From contig NMRA01000533.1 in the NCBI GenBank assembly GCA_002633005.1, forward strand, positions 113,844 to 177,843: 64,000 nt of DNA. The letters are read 5' to 3'. Positions 53,067 through 64,000 of this stretch are shown piece after piece. The DNA comes from Phoronis australis. Lineage: Eukaryota; Animalia; Phoronida. Position 1 is the stretch's first letter, and each line of letters opens with the position of its first letter. Position numbers and translations under genes: made by a program. The notes beneath the pieces are model-generated. The model made no database searches and was not told where the DNA came from. It worked only from the letters and a program-made list of their open reading frames with translations.

Positions 53067-55589
53067 TTAATCCAGTGGGCCTAGGCCACTGCCACGGAAA
53101 CTTGACCATTCTTGCACTTGATAATATGTCCTGGCAGCATGGAATTTATCTGCTGAAGCAATTGGTGGTAATGACTGTGTTTGGACTGCGGCTACGCTTG
53201 ATGACACCTTTCCACAAATCGCCTGTATCGCAAATTCCTACAAATTTCCAGAGGCAATACCGCCATAAAGCATAGACGTAACTCTTTTATCAACTTCAGT
53301 AATGTCTTGCTTCAGCAGCATGGGTCTAGTGAATACTCTAGCGTTTTCGCAGAATTCTCGATCACGCAGTTTCTTGAATGGCAGAGCCTTGCTAATACCA
53401 AACAGCCTATTGCATGCGCAAATGGTAAAAGCGTGCAGGTTTCGGCACCAAGAGACAATTGTAGTTTCTTGGTGTCCCAGACTCTCTTCTTGCTTTGGTG
53501 CCTCTTGTCAGATTTCATTTACATTGGAGATAGTTGTGAAGTAGCGTGGCAACACAAAAGAACCAACAAGTCAGTATCATCTACAATGAGGGTAGTAGAA
53601 CCTTGTGCTGCATTCTCTATGGGTGTCTCTAAAATTAAAACGTCTGTGTCACCTTGAGCTTGTACTACTGTGCAACCAGCAAACTTGACAAGAAGTGTGT
53701 GAACCTTTGCTTGTTTTTGCTGTTTGCCAAAAAATGCTCCTTCTTTGATTTGATTACCATGTCACCATTGAAGAGAACCTCAATTTCATTACAACACCAC
53801 CCAGTCTTCGAACATGGGAGACATCTTTAGTTGATGGGCCACCTCTATAACCATCAAAAACAATCGTAGGTTGGGTGTACTTGCTGATATAATCGAAATA
53901 AGCTCTACCAACTAACTGAAACGTGGCACCTCTCGATCAACTAGAGATCCGCCATCGATTTCATGCATCACCGTGTTTTCTGGAAATTGAAATGCTCAGG
54001 TAATCCCCGGCTGGACCAGACTGCATCAGATAATATTAATTAATTAGTGACTCTGGGAAGACCAGATGTATCAAAAAGAGCAGAGGAACCTACACACCGA
54101 GCAAACTTCAAAAGGCTCGATGAACTTCCACTGTTGTCTTTTTCGGCCCTTAGGATTCGCTGAAGCAGAAGTCGTGGATACACTTGCGTAAAAGCACCAT
54201 TAGCAACATGAACTGCTTGACTTGTAATTGCCACAACCTAGTCTTTCTTTCTGAATGTGAAGTCTTTCACATCTGACCACTCCAAAGAAAAGGAAATCGT
54301 CATCCCCACTTCTCTGTCATTTTTGGCGTTGACGATCGTGCGTGCAGTCACACCAGTTGCAATGTTCTGTTTAAAACGGGTTTCTGTTGTGGTGGAATTC
54401 AACAAGGCTGAGAATGTCTTTGTCGTCGCACAACTTCTTGCCTACTTACATTCCTTATGCTGCTGATATGTTTCACAACTCACGTTTGTCACAGTCTGCA
54501 TGGAACCATTTATACTTGAGCAAGCCGGCAAGAAAAGCAGCCACGGTGCTCTCTGCGTACCTCCCATTTCGCTACCTCTAGTTAAACCTTCTGGTACTTT
54601 AATACTTTTCATGAGCATTTGTTCAATTTTGAGATCATATGACAAGCCTGCCCTCAATCTGTCACTTTATCTTACGACATCTGGACGGAGTTGCTGCGTC
54701 TGCTGTAAAAGTATATATTTAAGCAGATTTTGCATAAGAGTTGTGACCAGCAGCTGCAAAGTAAGGCAGCATATTTCAGAAACTGCTTTCAAGTGAAGCT
54801 CCCAATCTGACGTTATTTCAGCTTTTAAAAAGTGGAAGGATGCCAGTCATCTTTGTATAGTGTAGCCAAAGACAGACAAGTTTGATTTATGTGCTTCGAT
54901 TTTATGGATACTTACAAGACACTCTGACGAGCATACATCCCCGCAAACTGACGTCACGCCAGCAAAAAAGATAATCATACAGCTTCAGACCTCCTCTCAA
55001 ACCATCATCAAGTATATCATTGGCTGCTGATTCTTCTGTCACTGAATATTCTGAAGACCTATACTCTGATCTAGTTGTGTTTCAATATACCAGTGGCAGT
55101 AGGTCCGAAGCCAGAGCGTATTCTACTGTTATTCAAAGTGCAGAATCGGAATATACTGGCTGCGTATTGCATGCCCCAGCGTATACATCTAGCTATGCGA
55201 TTAGTTGGGATGTCTGAAGAATATGTCTAAATATTCTAACGAGCCAACATTGGTGTACAAGCATTGAATTGCTCCCACTCTTGGCACTCTTGTGTGTTCA
55301 GTGTTGGTGACATTCGGGACTTTGGGATTTCTGGATTGGCATTACTTGATGTGTCAATATTTGGAAGTGGACCTAAGGATCAAAATGTTTAATGAATGCA
55401 CCGTCTAAAGAACTTCTTGAAGCCCTGTGCCTGGTATTACCTATCCAATACATCATAAAAAGCTCATCTCAGTTTGAAATCTGCCGAGCCTGGCTAAGAA
55501 CAAGTGACTGCACATCAGAGTCGTTACCTATGTTCTTAAAAAGCATGCATGTTAAACAAACGGTGAGTACTACAGTTTAAATCTTAAAA

Positions 55590-58500
55590 TTTAAATATTA
55601 ACTTTTTGTTACACAATTTTATTTGCTTTTTATCAAATTCAACAATTACCTGTTGGATGACTTGGAATATACTGAAAAGATTAAATAAAAAAATATTGGG
55701 GTAAAACGTCAGTATGCTGTCCCAGTTTACAATTATCAAATGATCGATACAATTTCCAACAGTGAAATTCAATTCGTAATTAATGATCAGTTGTACTTAG
55801 ACGTTCTGTTTATGGAAGTCCTTAACACCACTATAGACAATCAATTATGAACGTGTTTTAGAAGAAGCCAATGATAGGCTGGAAAGCAAAGACAACCTGA
55901 CTGAAGGTGATCTAGCAGCTTTAGAAGAAAAAAAAAACACCAATTTACAAGAATTAAGAAGAGACACTTTGAAGGGCTATGTTGTCCGATCAAGAGCAAA
56001 CTAGATTGAAAGTGGAGAACGCCCGACCAAATATTTTTGCAACTTAGAATCAAGGAATTTTTCAGTAAATTGATAAATGCTATGGAAACAGAAGGAGGAG
56101 AAACTATTACGGATCAAAGAGAAATTTTATGCGAGACGACGATTTTTTATAAGAACTTATATTCTTGGAGGTCTGAGAGCGAAGAAATGTTGAATAGTGT
56201 ACATTATCGGTACCCGGTACTTTCGGAGTTCGAGGCAATCCAACTAGAAAATGACATTAATATTGATGAATTGATTGAGGTTTTAAAAAACTACAAAAAA
56301 CGCGAAAAGTCCAGGCTATGATGGCTTTGCGATGGAATTTTTGAATTTCTTTTGGGAAGACATTAAATATTTTGTATTGCGGCACATTAAATGTTGTTTT
56401 GAAAAGGTACAAATGTCCACAACTCAACGGACTGGGATTATTACATGTATTCCAAAACCAGACAAGCCGAAACAGTTTTTGAAAAACTGGCGACCAATAA
56501 CTTTACTGAATAGTGTATACAAACTTGCTTCGGGATGCGTTGCAAACACAATTTAAAAAGTTCTAGATAAACTGACTTCACATACCCAAACTGGATTTAT
56601 TAAAGGAAGATTCACGGCTGAGAACACAAGACTAATTTATGGTATTATGAGGTGTACAGACAAACACAACATTCCAGGATTACTTGTGTTGATAGATTTT
56701 GAGAAGGCTTTTGATAGTGTTTCATGGGACTTTATATTCAAAGCCCTGGATAATTTCAATTTCAATGCCAATATCATTCGATATATAAGAACTGTATATA
56801 ATAAACTAATTGCCCGTGTCATACAAAACGGATTTTTGTCAGACAACTTCATACTAGAACGCGGATGTCGACAAGGTGATCCGCTCTCTCCTTATATTTT
56901 TATACTGTGTGCTGAAATTTTGTCTATTGATTAAACATGATCCTGACGTGAAAGGTATTAAAATCGCCGACGAAGACTTCGTGATAACATAATTCGCAGA
57001 TGACACAACCTTCACATTAGACGGAACTCCAAGATCCCTGGAAGCACTTATGAATAACCTAGAGTTCTATGCGGGGGTGTCGGGGCTGAAAAAAAACTAT
57101 TCTAACACAAAAGTAGTGTGGATTGGAAGTAGAAAATTCTGTCAAGAAGTGTTTCACCGCACGCGTTGGAAACTAAAATGGGGTGACATTTATTTAAAGC
57201 TTCTGTGTATTAATTTCAGCGTGAACTTGGATACCATGTCCAAAGATAACTTTGATGCAAAAATAATGAAAATGAAGAGTCTGATTAGTACATAGCCTCG
57301 TAGAAAGCTTACTATCTTTGGAAAGGTCACACTTGTGCTTCCAAAATTATACATCTGCTAATGCTGCTCCCAAGCCCCAATGATACTACTTTTGGGGATA
57401 TTGCAACTAGGTTCTTTAAATTCATTTGAGACGGAAAACCTGATAAAATAAAAACAGGAGTACTCATTAAATCCATAGAAGAGGTTGGATTGAAGATGAT
57501 TGATGTCAAAAATTTAATACGTCTTTAAAAAATTCATAAATTAGAAGATTCTTTTTAACAACATACCCATGAACTTATTTGTTGTAAAAAGATATCGGGC
57601 TTACAAGAGTTGGAATGTTGAACTATGGAGACTATAGATTAACTAGATGGCATAATGGTAACTCTTTTTGGGCAGAATGCTTCCAGTATTGTAGCCTTTT
57701 AATTCACAAACAAACTATCTCAGGTCACGAAGATGCGGTGTCAATTAATGTGTGGGCCAACAGTACTATAACGGTGGAACACAGCCCTTGTATTTATGAG
57801 TTATTCATTAAAATGGTATAATATTTGTGAACGATTTTTTAGACTAGAATGATAACTTCTACACCTTTGAAAGTTTCCAGACGATTCCTCGGATTAATGT
57901 CAGCTTTCTCAAATATAATTCAATCGTCAGTGCAATATAAATACCTGAAAACGTTTTCCAACGACTTAATACTAAAAAAGATATATGGACCACTTGTACC
58001 TTTTTCCCTAAAAAGTGTTGTTTTGACGAAAAAGGGTGTCGGGATTCTTACCATATTCTGTGCAAAAATGACATAATACCATCGGCTCAAAAGAAATTCG
58101 AAGTATTGGGATTTTCGCAATCAGAGAAGATGGGAACTTCTATTACAAACTTCCACATGAATGTTCGAATGACAGAAGCTTACTTTTCTTTCAGTTCCGC
58201 TTACTGCATAGAATTCTACCTACTAACTACATTTTAAATAAGATTATATACGTGGACTCAAATGTTTGTACTTCTTGTAAATGCTTTCCTGAAACTCTAG
58301 AACATTTATTCGTTGAATGTGAATCTGTTAATTCTTTCTGGCACGGTGTACGTCTCTGGTTAACGACTGCAACTCAAGTAAATTTTGAAATAGACAAAAC
58401 CACCATTATATTTGGTCTTCAAAATGAAAAGAATAGAATTTTGAATTGGTACCTTTTAAAACTAAAATTTTCATTTTCAATATAAAATTTCCTAACCTCA

Positions 58501-58716
58501 AACCTAATTTAGGATGTCTTCAAAAAATTTTGAATGAGTGTTCTATTGTAGAAGTTAGTGCTTCGTTAAACACTAGGAAATTTAATGATACAAAAAATGG
58601 GAAGATTGGAAATGTGTTTTTGAAACATGAAGGTACCCAGAGAGTTGACCAGATGCCAGAACAGAATTTTAAGTTGTACTTTTTAACTTCGAAGTAACAA
58701 TAATAACAGTAATAAA
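55590..58716 (+). mobile_element. 5'-truncated L1/Tx1-like LINE ORF2 pseudogene nested in Academ
   Basis: Ordered RT motifs across frames: KSPGYDG, IPKPDK...NWRPITLLNSVYK, QTGFIKGR, LIDFEKAFDSV, RGCRQGDPLSPYIF, FADDTT, then C-terminal CTSC...ETLEHLFVEC and a (TAA)-rich tail at about 58695-58716. Many stops and frameshifts. Confidence 0.92.
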
Positions 58717-61700
58717 TCTATTAATTGTGAAAAAAATCAATTGAAATCAACAGCCAATTCCTCAACACATGCCAGCAGCAGACAAAATCATTGCTTGGGA
58801 ATATCTAACTATAGCAATATCTTGCAATAGCAGAGAAAAAAACTGCCTACCCAATTTTATTCAGGATTTGTGTAATGAATTAGCCAATAACTCCAACACA
58901 ATTCCATATTTTTCTTAGAAATATTATTTTTGATACCTGGAATGAAATTATAGTTTACAGAAAAATAATTGAGTGTGTAAAATTGTGGTAGTGGAAATTT
59001 AACTAAAGGCTTTTCTGAAAAACACACCAGATTTTGTGTTATGTAATCTAAATGTGATTAAAATTGCCCATTTATTTTCTTAATCTGAAAAACGAAATAT
59101 AGAAACAATCAACACAATAACCCAGAATGCAGATTTCAAAATGTTTTTGTGTACATGCCTATCAGGTTACAAACAAAGTTTGGAGAACATAAATGCTTTA
59201 AATTGGGGTTTGTGAATTGGTCAGCCATTTTGTGTTTTTTTTCTCTCCAACCAGTGACCAGTTGTAAGGTCCATATATTTTCAATTGTCTATCTTACAAA
59301 AGAATAAAAATTTGCCACATTCAGGCAAAATTTTTAAAAGAAATCTTACAACATGTACGAAATTGCCGTATCGGCCGCCATTTTGTCGGCCACATTGGTT
59401 TCATTTCATGGAAAATTGGTTTCTTTTGATTGGTATGCCTGTTATAGTATAAAATCAATGACAGACTTTATTGTGTTAGTTGCAGCTGTTACATATTACT
59501 AACTTTCCAGAAAGCAGCTTACACCGATTTAGGAAGCCATTTGTTCCGCCATCTTGAATAACTGACTTCGCTTCTCCGATTTCGGTAGATTTTTTCTCTC
59601 ACCAAGAGATGTTTGAAAATGTTATTTATGCAGAAAAGCCTTCTGTTGCAATTTTTTCTAGGTTGGGCCCTCTGGAGCCCTAGAATGACTGGGCTATTAG
59701 TTCGAAAGTTACGAGTAGATTTGTTGCCAAGCTAATAATGATGGCTAGATATAATTGTAATTAATGAATAAGTAACTGGATTAGATTGTCTCAAAAAGTG
59801 GCAGGTGTACGTGTGATTGATTTACAAAGATAATTACGCTGTAGATGATGATAATGTTGATGGTGATGACGACGACGACGAGAACGACGACGATGATGAT
59901 TACGGTGGTGCTGGTTATTGTGATGGTTTAGTCTCGATTGAATTGCCAAACAACTGATATACGGTTAGAAGTTTAAATATACAGTAACCACCCGTCTGCG
60001 TTGACAACCATTTCCGCTGTGGTGCTTGCTCCTGCATCCCTAAATCTTGAAAATGTGATGATGAAAATGACTGCAATCCATAAATCAAAAGGTTATATTT
60101 TCTAGATCAGCATTCGGCTTCAAACTCGCCTTCTTTGAGGTGTCCAACTCTGTCGTCCAATGTCTAAAACTTGATGTTAGTTACCAAGCGGCCTCGTCAT
60201 TGTCTTGTAATTTGGTTTCAGCCTCACCCAGTCTCTGCTTTAGACAGCGTCATCGATTTTTGATCAAATTAGTTTCAAATTTCAACCTAAATGGTTTTAC
60301 CTCTTGAAAGTCGGTTTTACTAGCTGAGACTGCTTGTGATTTAGCACTTATCGTTTTTTGTAGATGTATGTCCTTGTTTCCCTGCGATATTAGAAAATTA
60401 ATCTGCGTACCGCAGAATTAAGGATCCGACACATGCTAACTCAAAACTGGAAATTATGATCTTATTTAGGAGCAATCACGTACACGAGCGTGTGTAAAAA
60501 TACCCTATGTGTACTGTAAAACATAGTTGAAGAATATGTAATCATCTTCGTGTTCATGGACCTATGCGACATACTCAGCTTAATTCCAACATGCGAAGTA
60601 CTTCTGCTGCAAAAAAACATATCGCCAACATTTTTGTATCAGACTAGCACAACGCATATTATCGCATCACGTGACCTCGTTAATATAAGTCTGGTTAAAG
60701 ACTTGTAGGGTTTCTGTTCCGTACTTCACACATTGTCAAAACAAGTGGCGTGCTAACCAATTTAAAAATGTTTCCAATACACATTACCACACCGGCTTAT
60801 GCACATTTGCATGTATATAAGCAAGGCCGTGGCAAGTAGCGTGAACCCGGCACTCCTCCACGTTCAAGGCTATCTATAGCTGCTTGAAGGATTCGAAACT
60901 CGCGCATAAGGGTAGGAATAAACAATTACGCACTGCCAAGGTCAAGTTGAGCTCTAAATTATTCAACCTTAGGGTTAGGCCAGGCTTGGAGGCATTTTCT
61001 AAGAAAGCGTTTCATGTAGCTCTGTGAAGGTGGCTTTTGTGTTTGTGAAGATGTCGAACATGAAAAAGACCACTTACACGGCTACATGTATAGCTGCACT
61101 GTCCTTCAAAGTAGCGGCCCCCAGCTACAATTCTTGGTGGTTCCTTTAGTTTAGTTAGTGCAGAAAAACACGCGGGCATCATTCAGTTACACGTGCTTTA
61201 TTACTGGTTGATGCAACCTCGGTAGTCTATGGTTACCTAAGAGTTGTCACGCAAGAAGCGTAACAGCAATTATTTCGTTTCTGCAGTAATGTTTAATAAC
61301 CGCGAGCTTGAAGCACCGACATGTACAATAACCAAAGATGTTGCCGATTTTCTGTTTCACACTTCTTGAACGTGAATTAAGCACCGATGTGTCAGTACAG
61401 CAGACCACAAATAGACTTTTTTCGTCAGTCACGCCAGTTTTTTTGCGAGAATTGACCAGCCAATCAGAAACGCTGGTGTAAAAATATTGCGGTTTGATAT
61501 TAGGTTATATTTTCGTGTTTTCAAGCCCCAGGCAGAAACGCAGAAAACCAGCGAGGTTGTAATTTTGCGTTGCTATGTACCGACGGAGAAATTGGCTAGT
61601 ATCCCTCAAACAAGCCTGAATTGCCAAAAAATACTAGTCAGTGGACATCACTTTTGGACCACTTTTTCGTTATGTGTCGTAAATTCGGTTGCAAAATTTA

Positions 61701-62044
61701 AATGTTCTGCATCGTATTATGGTGCCGAGATTTGGGGTTTTAAAGAAGAAAAATGCCTAAAATTCGCTTATGGGGGACTGCGAGTGAGGTACTGTGGAGC
61801 TCATAGCAGAGGTATGAAAATGCACAATAAAGGTGAAGGTGACTTACTTGTTCATGCTGGCATCTTTAAGTAAAAAATCCCGACTGGGTCTCAAGTCTAT
61901 GTTTTATTATTGTCAGATCGGTATCTAAGTCGGTTCTGTCCTATATTCCGGTTTTTATGGACGCAGTTGTGTGATAGTGACCAAGTAACAATAGCAGCAT
62001 GTTTCAACAAGAAAGAGCGGAGCTGAAGAAGATTTCTAAGCCAA

Positions 62045-62300
62045 TTCGCAGTGCCGACTCATAAGTCGACTCCCTAGCCGACACTTCAGCCGACCGGCTG
62101 ATGGCCGGCTGATGGCATGCTAATGGCCGACCAGCTGTTCGCCTGCTATTTTTAGGCTACGGCAGCAGTTGCGTAATAGGTTGTGAGGCTCATACCACTT
62201 TGGGCGTCGATGCATATTCGTCTTAACACTGGGTTAAAAAATAACCTGGTTTTGCTCTCTCGGTTACACGAGTTTACGTCGGTTGTGAAACACCACTAAT
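62045..62300 (-). repeat. Inverted diverged copy of the subterminal region (about 41975-42175) of the 37243-42287 element
   Basis: gccgactcataagtcgactccctagccgacacttcagccgaccgg...ctcggttacacgagtttacgtcggttgtgaaacaccactaat matches the reverse complement of 41975-42172. Confidence 0.8.
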
Positions 62301-63036
62301 TGACCTATCGCCAGGATTATGACGGACGGCTTAATTGACCAGTCAGAACGCAGCATTCGTGGCACACCTTCGTCTGCGTTTCCAAGCCGCCATTTTGCCC
62401 GACAAACCACACGCAGTCGAGTAAAAGTCAAGTTAGTCTATAGCTCAAGAAATTGTCCGATAAGAATGGGGAAACGGTGTTGATATAACGTGTGTAGCAC
62501 CGACAACCGTTATGCTGCTCCAGAATACTATCCCGTCATTTTTTGGCATGTCCTAAGCCGAAAAATGATGTTGAAAAGCGTAAACTATGGATCAAACTGT
62601 ACGGCCACACGGGCAACTGAACTTAGCGACGTTGCTTGATAACTCGAAGGCTATAATAAACACAGATATATTAGTTCCAAGATACGCACTTTTCAGTTTG
62701 GTGGCTATGGTGCAGGGCTATCCAAGATTTTGACTCCCGAGTTGGCTAGGTCTGGCCGCCTTTGTCTCGGCACCTGCTGGATCTCAACATTCTAGCGGTA
62801 GTCCCCGGAAATTGTTGTTTTCAAGGACATTTTTAATTCATGTTTTTTATGTATGTCAACCTAATGGACATTACTTTGTTTCGTATCAGAGGTACATTTT
62901 TGTTATTCATAAACCGTAAGCCGGCGTTCAACTGAACTTCTCTCCCGGTAAAAAGTCAGAGAGAGATTCGATCGGCACAGGGAAGGTCACTGGATTACTG
63001 CAGGAACTCAAAGCCTTGGTGTGGTATATCAATGCG
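62301..63036 (+). mobile_element. ISL2EU-like THAP transposon 5' remnant
   Basis: From ATG 62466: MGKRC*YNVCSTDNRY...(frameshift)PKPKNDVEKRKLWIKL..GQLN, resembling the KRCxxxxCxxDxRY...FPKP...CxxWIxxCGRP THAP variant. Begins near at-tgacctatcgcc. Confidence 0.55.
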
Positions 63037-63979
63037 TGTTGTGGCCGATAAATGGCGCGCACGTGGTAAAAGTAAAACAACACACGAATACTTTAACAAT
63101 AGAATACGTCTATTAATTTGCAGCGTTGTGATTTACAAATTAAAGATTACAATAAGTTGTGAGACTGACGACTGAATGATTGAGACGAGATATCCCTACT
63201 AGAAAACTATTAATCAACAGTGACACCGGTTCCCGTAGCTACCGCACACGTTAACACAAAACAAGTCACAAATATTAATTTGCAGCGTTGTGATTTACAA
63301 ATTAAAGATTACAATAAGTTGTGAGACTGACGACTAACTGATTGAGACTAGGTATCCCTACTAGAAAACTACTAATCAGCAGTGCCACTGGTTCCCGTAG
63401 CTACCGCACACGTTAACACAAAACAAGTCACAACAGAACTAACCCTTCAGAACAACCACTAGCCAGTTCAAATTGACTAACAGGCTGAGACCAACGCCCG
63501 TGATAAATGTCTATACCTCAGATGTTCTTTTCCCCTTGACTCTTGGTCACTGAAGTTGTTCATCTGGCCCCGGCTTCGTCTTAGAAGTTTGAAGGTTATC
63601 TTCCAGCTCTGGAGTCGTGCCCCGTAGTCTGCAGTTTTGATCTAAGGTGGATCCAGTCTGCCCTGGTCTCGAGAGCCAGTGCTTTAAATATTAAACTAAG
63701 TGGCATCACGGATGGACCCACTCTGTATGTACATATATGTCCATCTCTCTATGACGAACTAACTGACCACGCGATGGACTCACTCTGCATGTACATATAT
63801 GCCCCTCTCCCTATAACTCAAAATTCTAGCATAGCTGCCACTATTCCTGTATTATTGCATAACTGCCTCTATTCCTGGGCTTTCAACATCAGAGCACTAT
63901 CCCTGGATTTAACTACCTCAGAGATAGCATATCCCCTGAAATTTATTGCACATGGAGGGCATAGCCTCATTATGTTACA
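63037..63979 (-). mobile_element. Probable 3' LTR of a minus-strand LTR retrotransposon continuing beyond the window
   Basis: Minus strand: polypurine AAGGGGGG directly before TGTAACA (63979), ending ...CCACAACA (63037). TATTTAAAG TATA-like box near 63682-63690. Internal tandem duplications. Confidence 0.65.
63111..63432. repeat. Two-copy tandem repeat of about 162 bp
   Basis: tattaatttgcagcgttgtg...aacaagtcaca at 63111-63270 and 63273-63432. Confidence 0.95.
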
Positions 63980-64000
63980 CCCCCCTTGGCTGCCGCAAAA

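Larger units (their letters stand above)
46866..59696 (-). mobile_element. Academ (XPG/Cys8-type) DNA transposon, degenerate, 12.8 kb including nested insertions
   Basis: Imperfect TIRs of about 150 bp: TAGTCCAGTCATTCTA / TAGAATGACTGGGCTA. The flanks rejoin to match the post-B1 intron. Minus-strand motifs: AGLSYDLKIEQMLMKSIK..EGLTRG (54442-54657), TIVFDGYRGGPSTKD (about 53820-53870), GCTVVQAQGDTDVLI...DDTDLLVLLCCH (about 53545-53680), YYQVQEW, and the Cys-rich end PAAPENLLKL..SCKADCSSKICTCKKLALPCLVACEECHGISCTN (about 47845-48033). Confidence 0.85.

Noticed and set aside
55010-55380. Possible CR1-type endonuclease start (IQCLYTNVGS, minus strand) interrupting Academ
   Set aside because: Only one short motif; not enough to support a feature.
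60878-60940. tRNA/SINE-like B box (GTTTCGAATCC on the minus strand)
   Set aside because: No cloverleaf and no clear A box; at most a decayed SINE head.

Overview
AT-rich eukaryotic genomic DNA, most likely from an invertebrate animal (GT-AG introns, dense transposon debris, one 10-N gap at 51174-51183). The only intact host gene I can support is an internal part of a + strand, multi-exon extracellular-domain gene: one Sushi/CCP exon (6239-6412) followed by three tandemly duplicated CUB modules, each split into two exons (A1 15697-15877 + B1 28765-28949; A2 36673-36859 + B2 43133-43311; A3 45126-45312 + B3 46647-46837). The seven exons splice in phase into one open 1284-nt (428-codon) frame with no start or stop in the window. 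The paralogous CUB units provide empty-site controls that let several large intronic insertions be delimited: two CACTA/EnSpm-like elements, an ISL2EU-like THAP element, and a 12.8-kb Academ element carrying a nested Kolobok and a Tx1/L1-like LINE. Also present: a Penelope fragment with an intact minimal hammerhead ribozyme, RNase H LINE and piggyBac remnants, an 8.3-kb-offset segmental duplication and an LTR at the right edge. Most ORFs in the supplied track are spurious. All family assignments come from motif recognition by eye, not from database searches.
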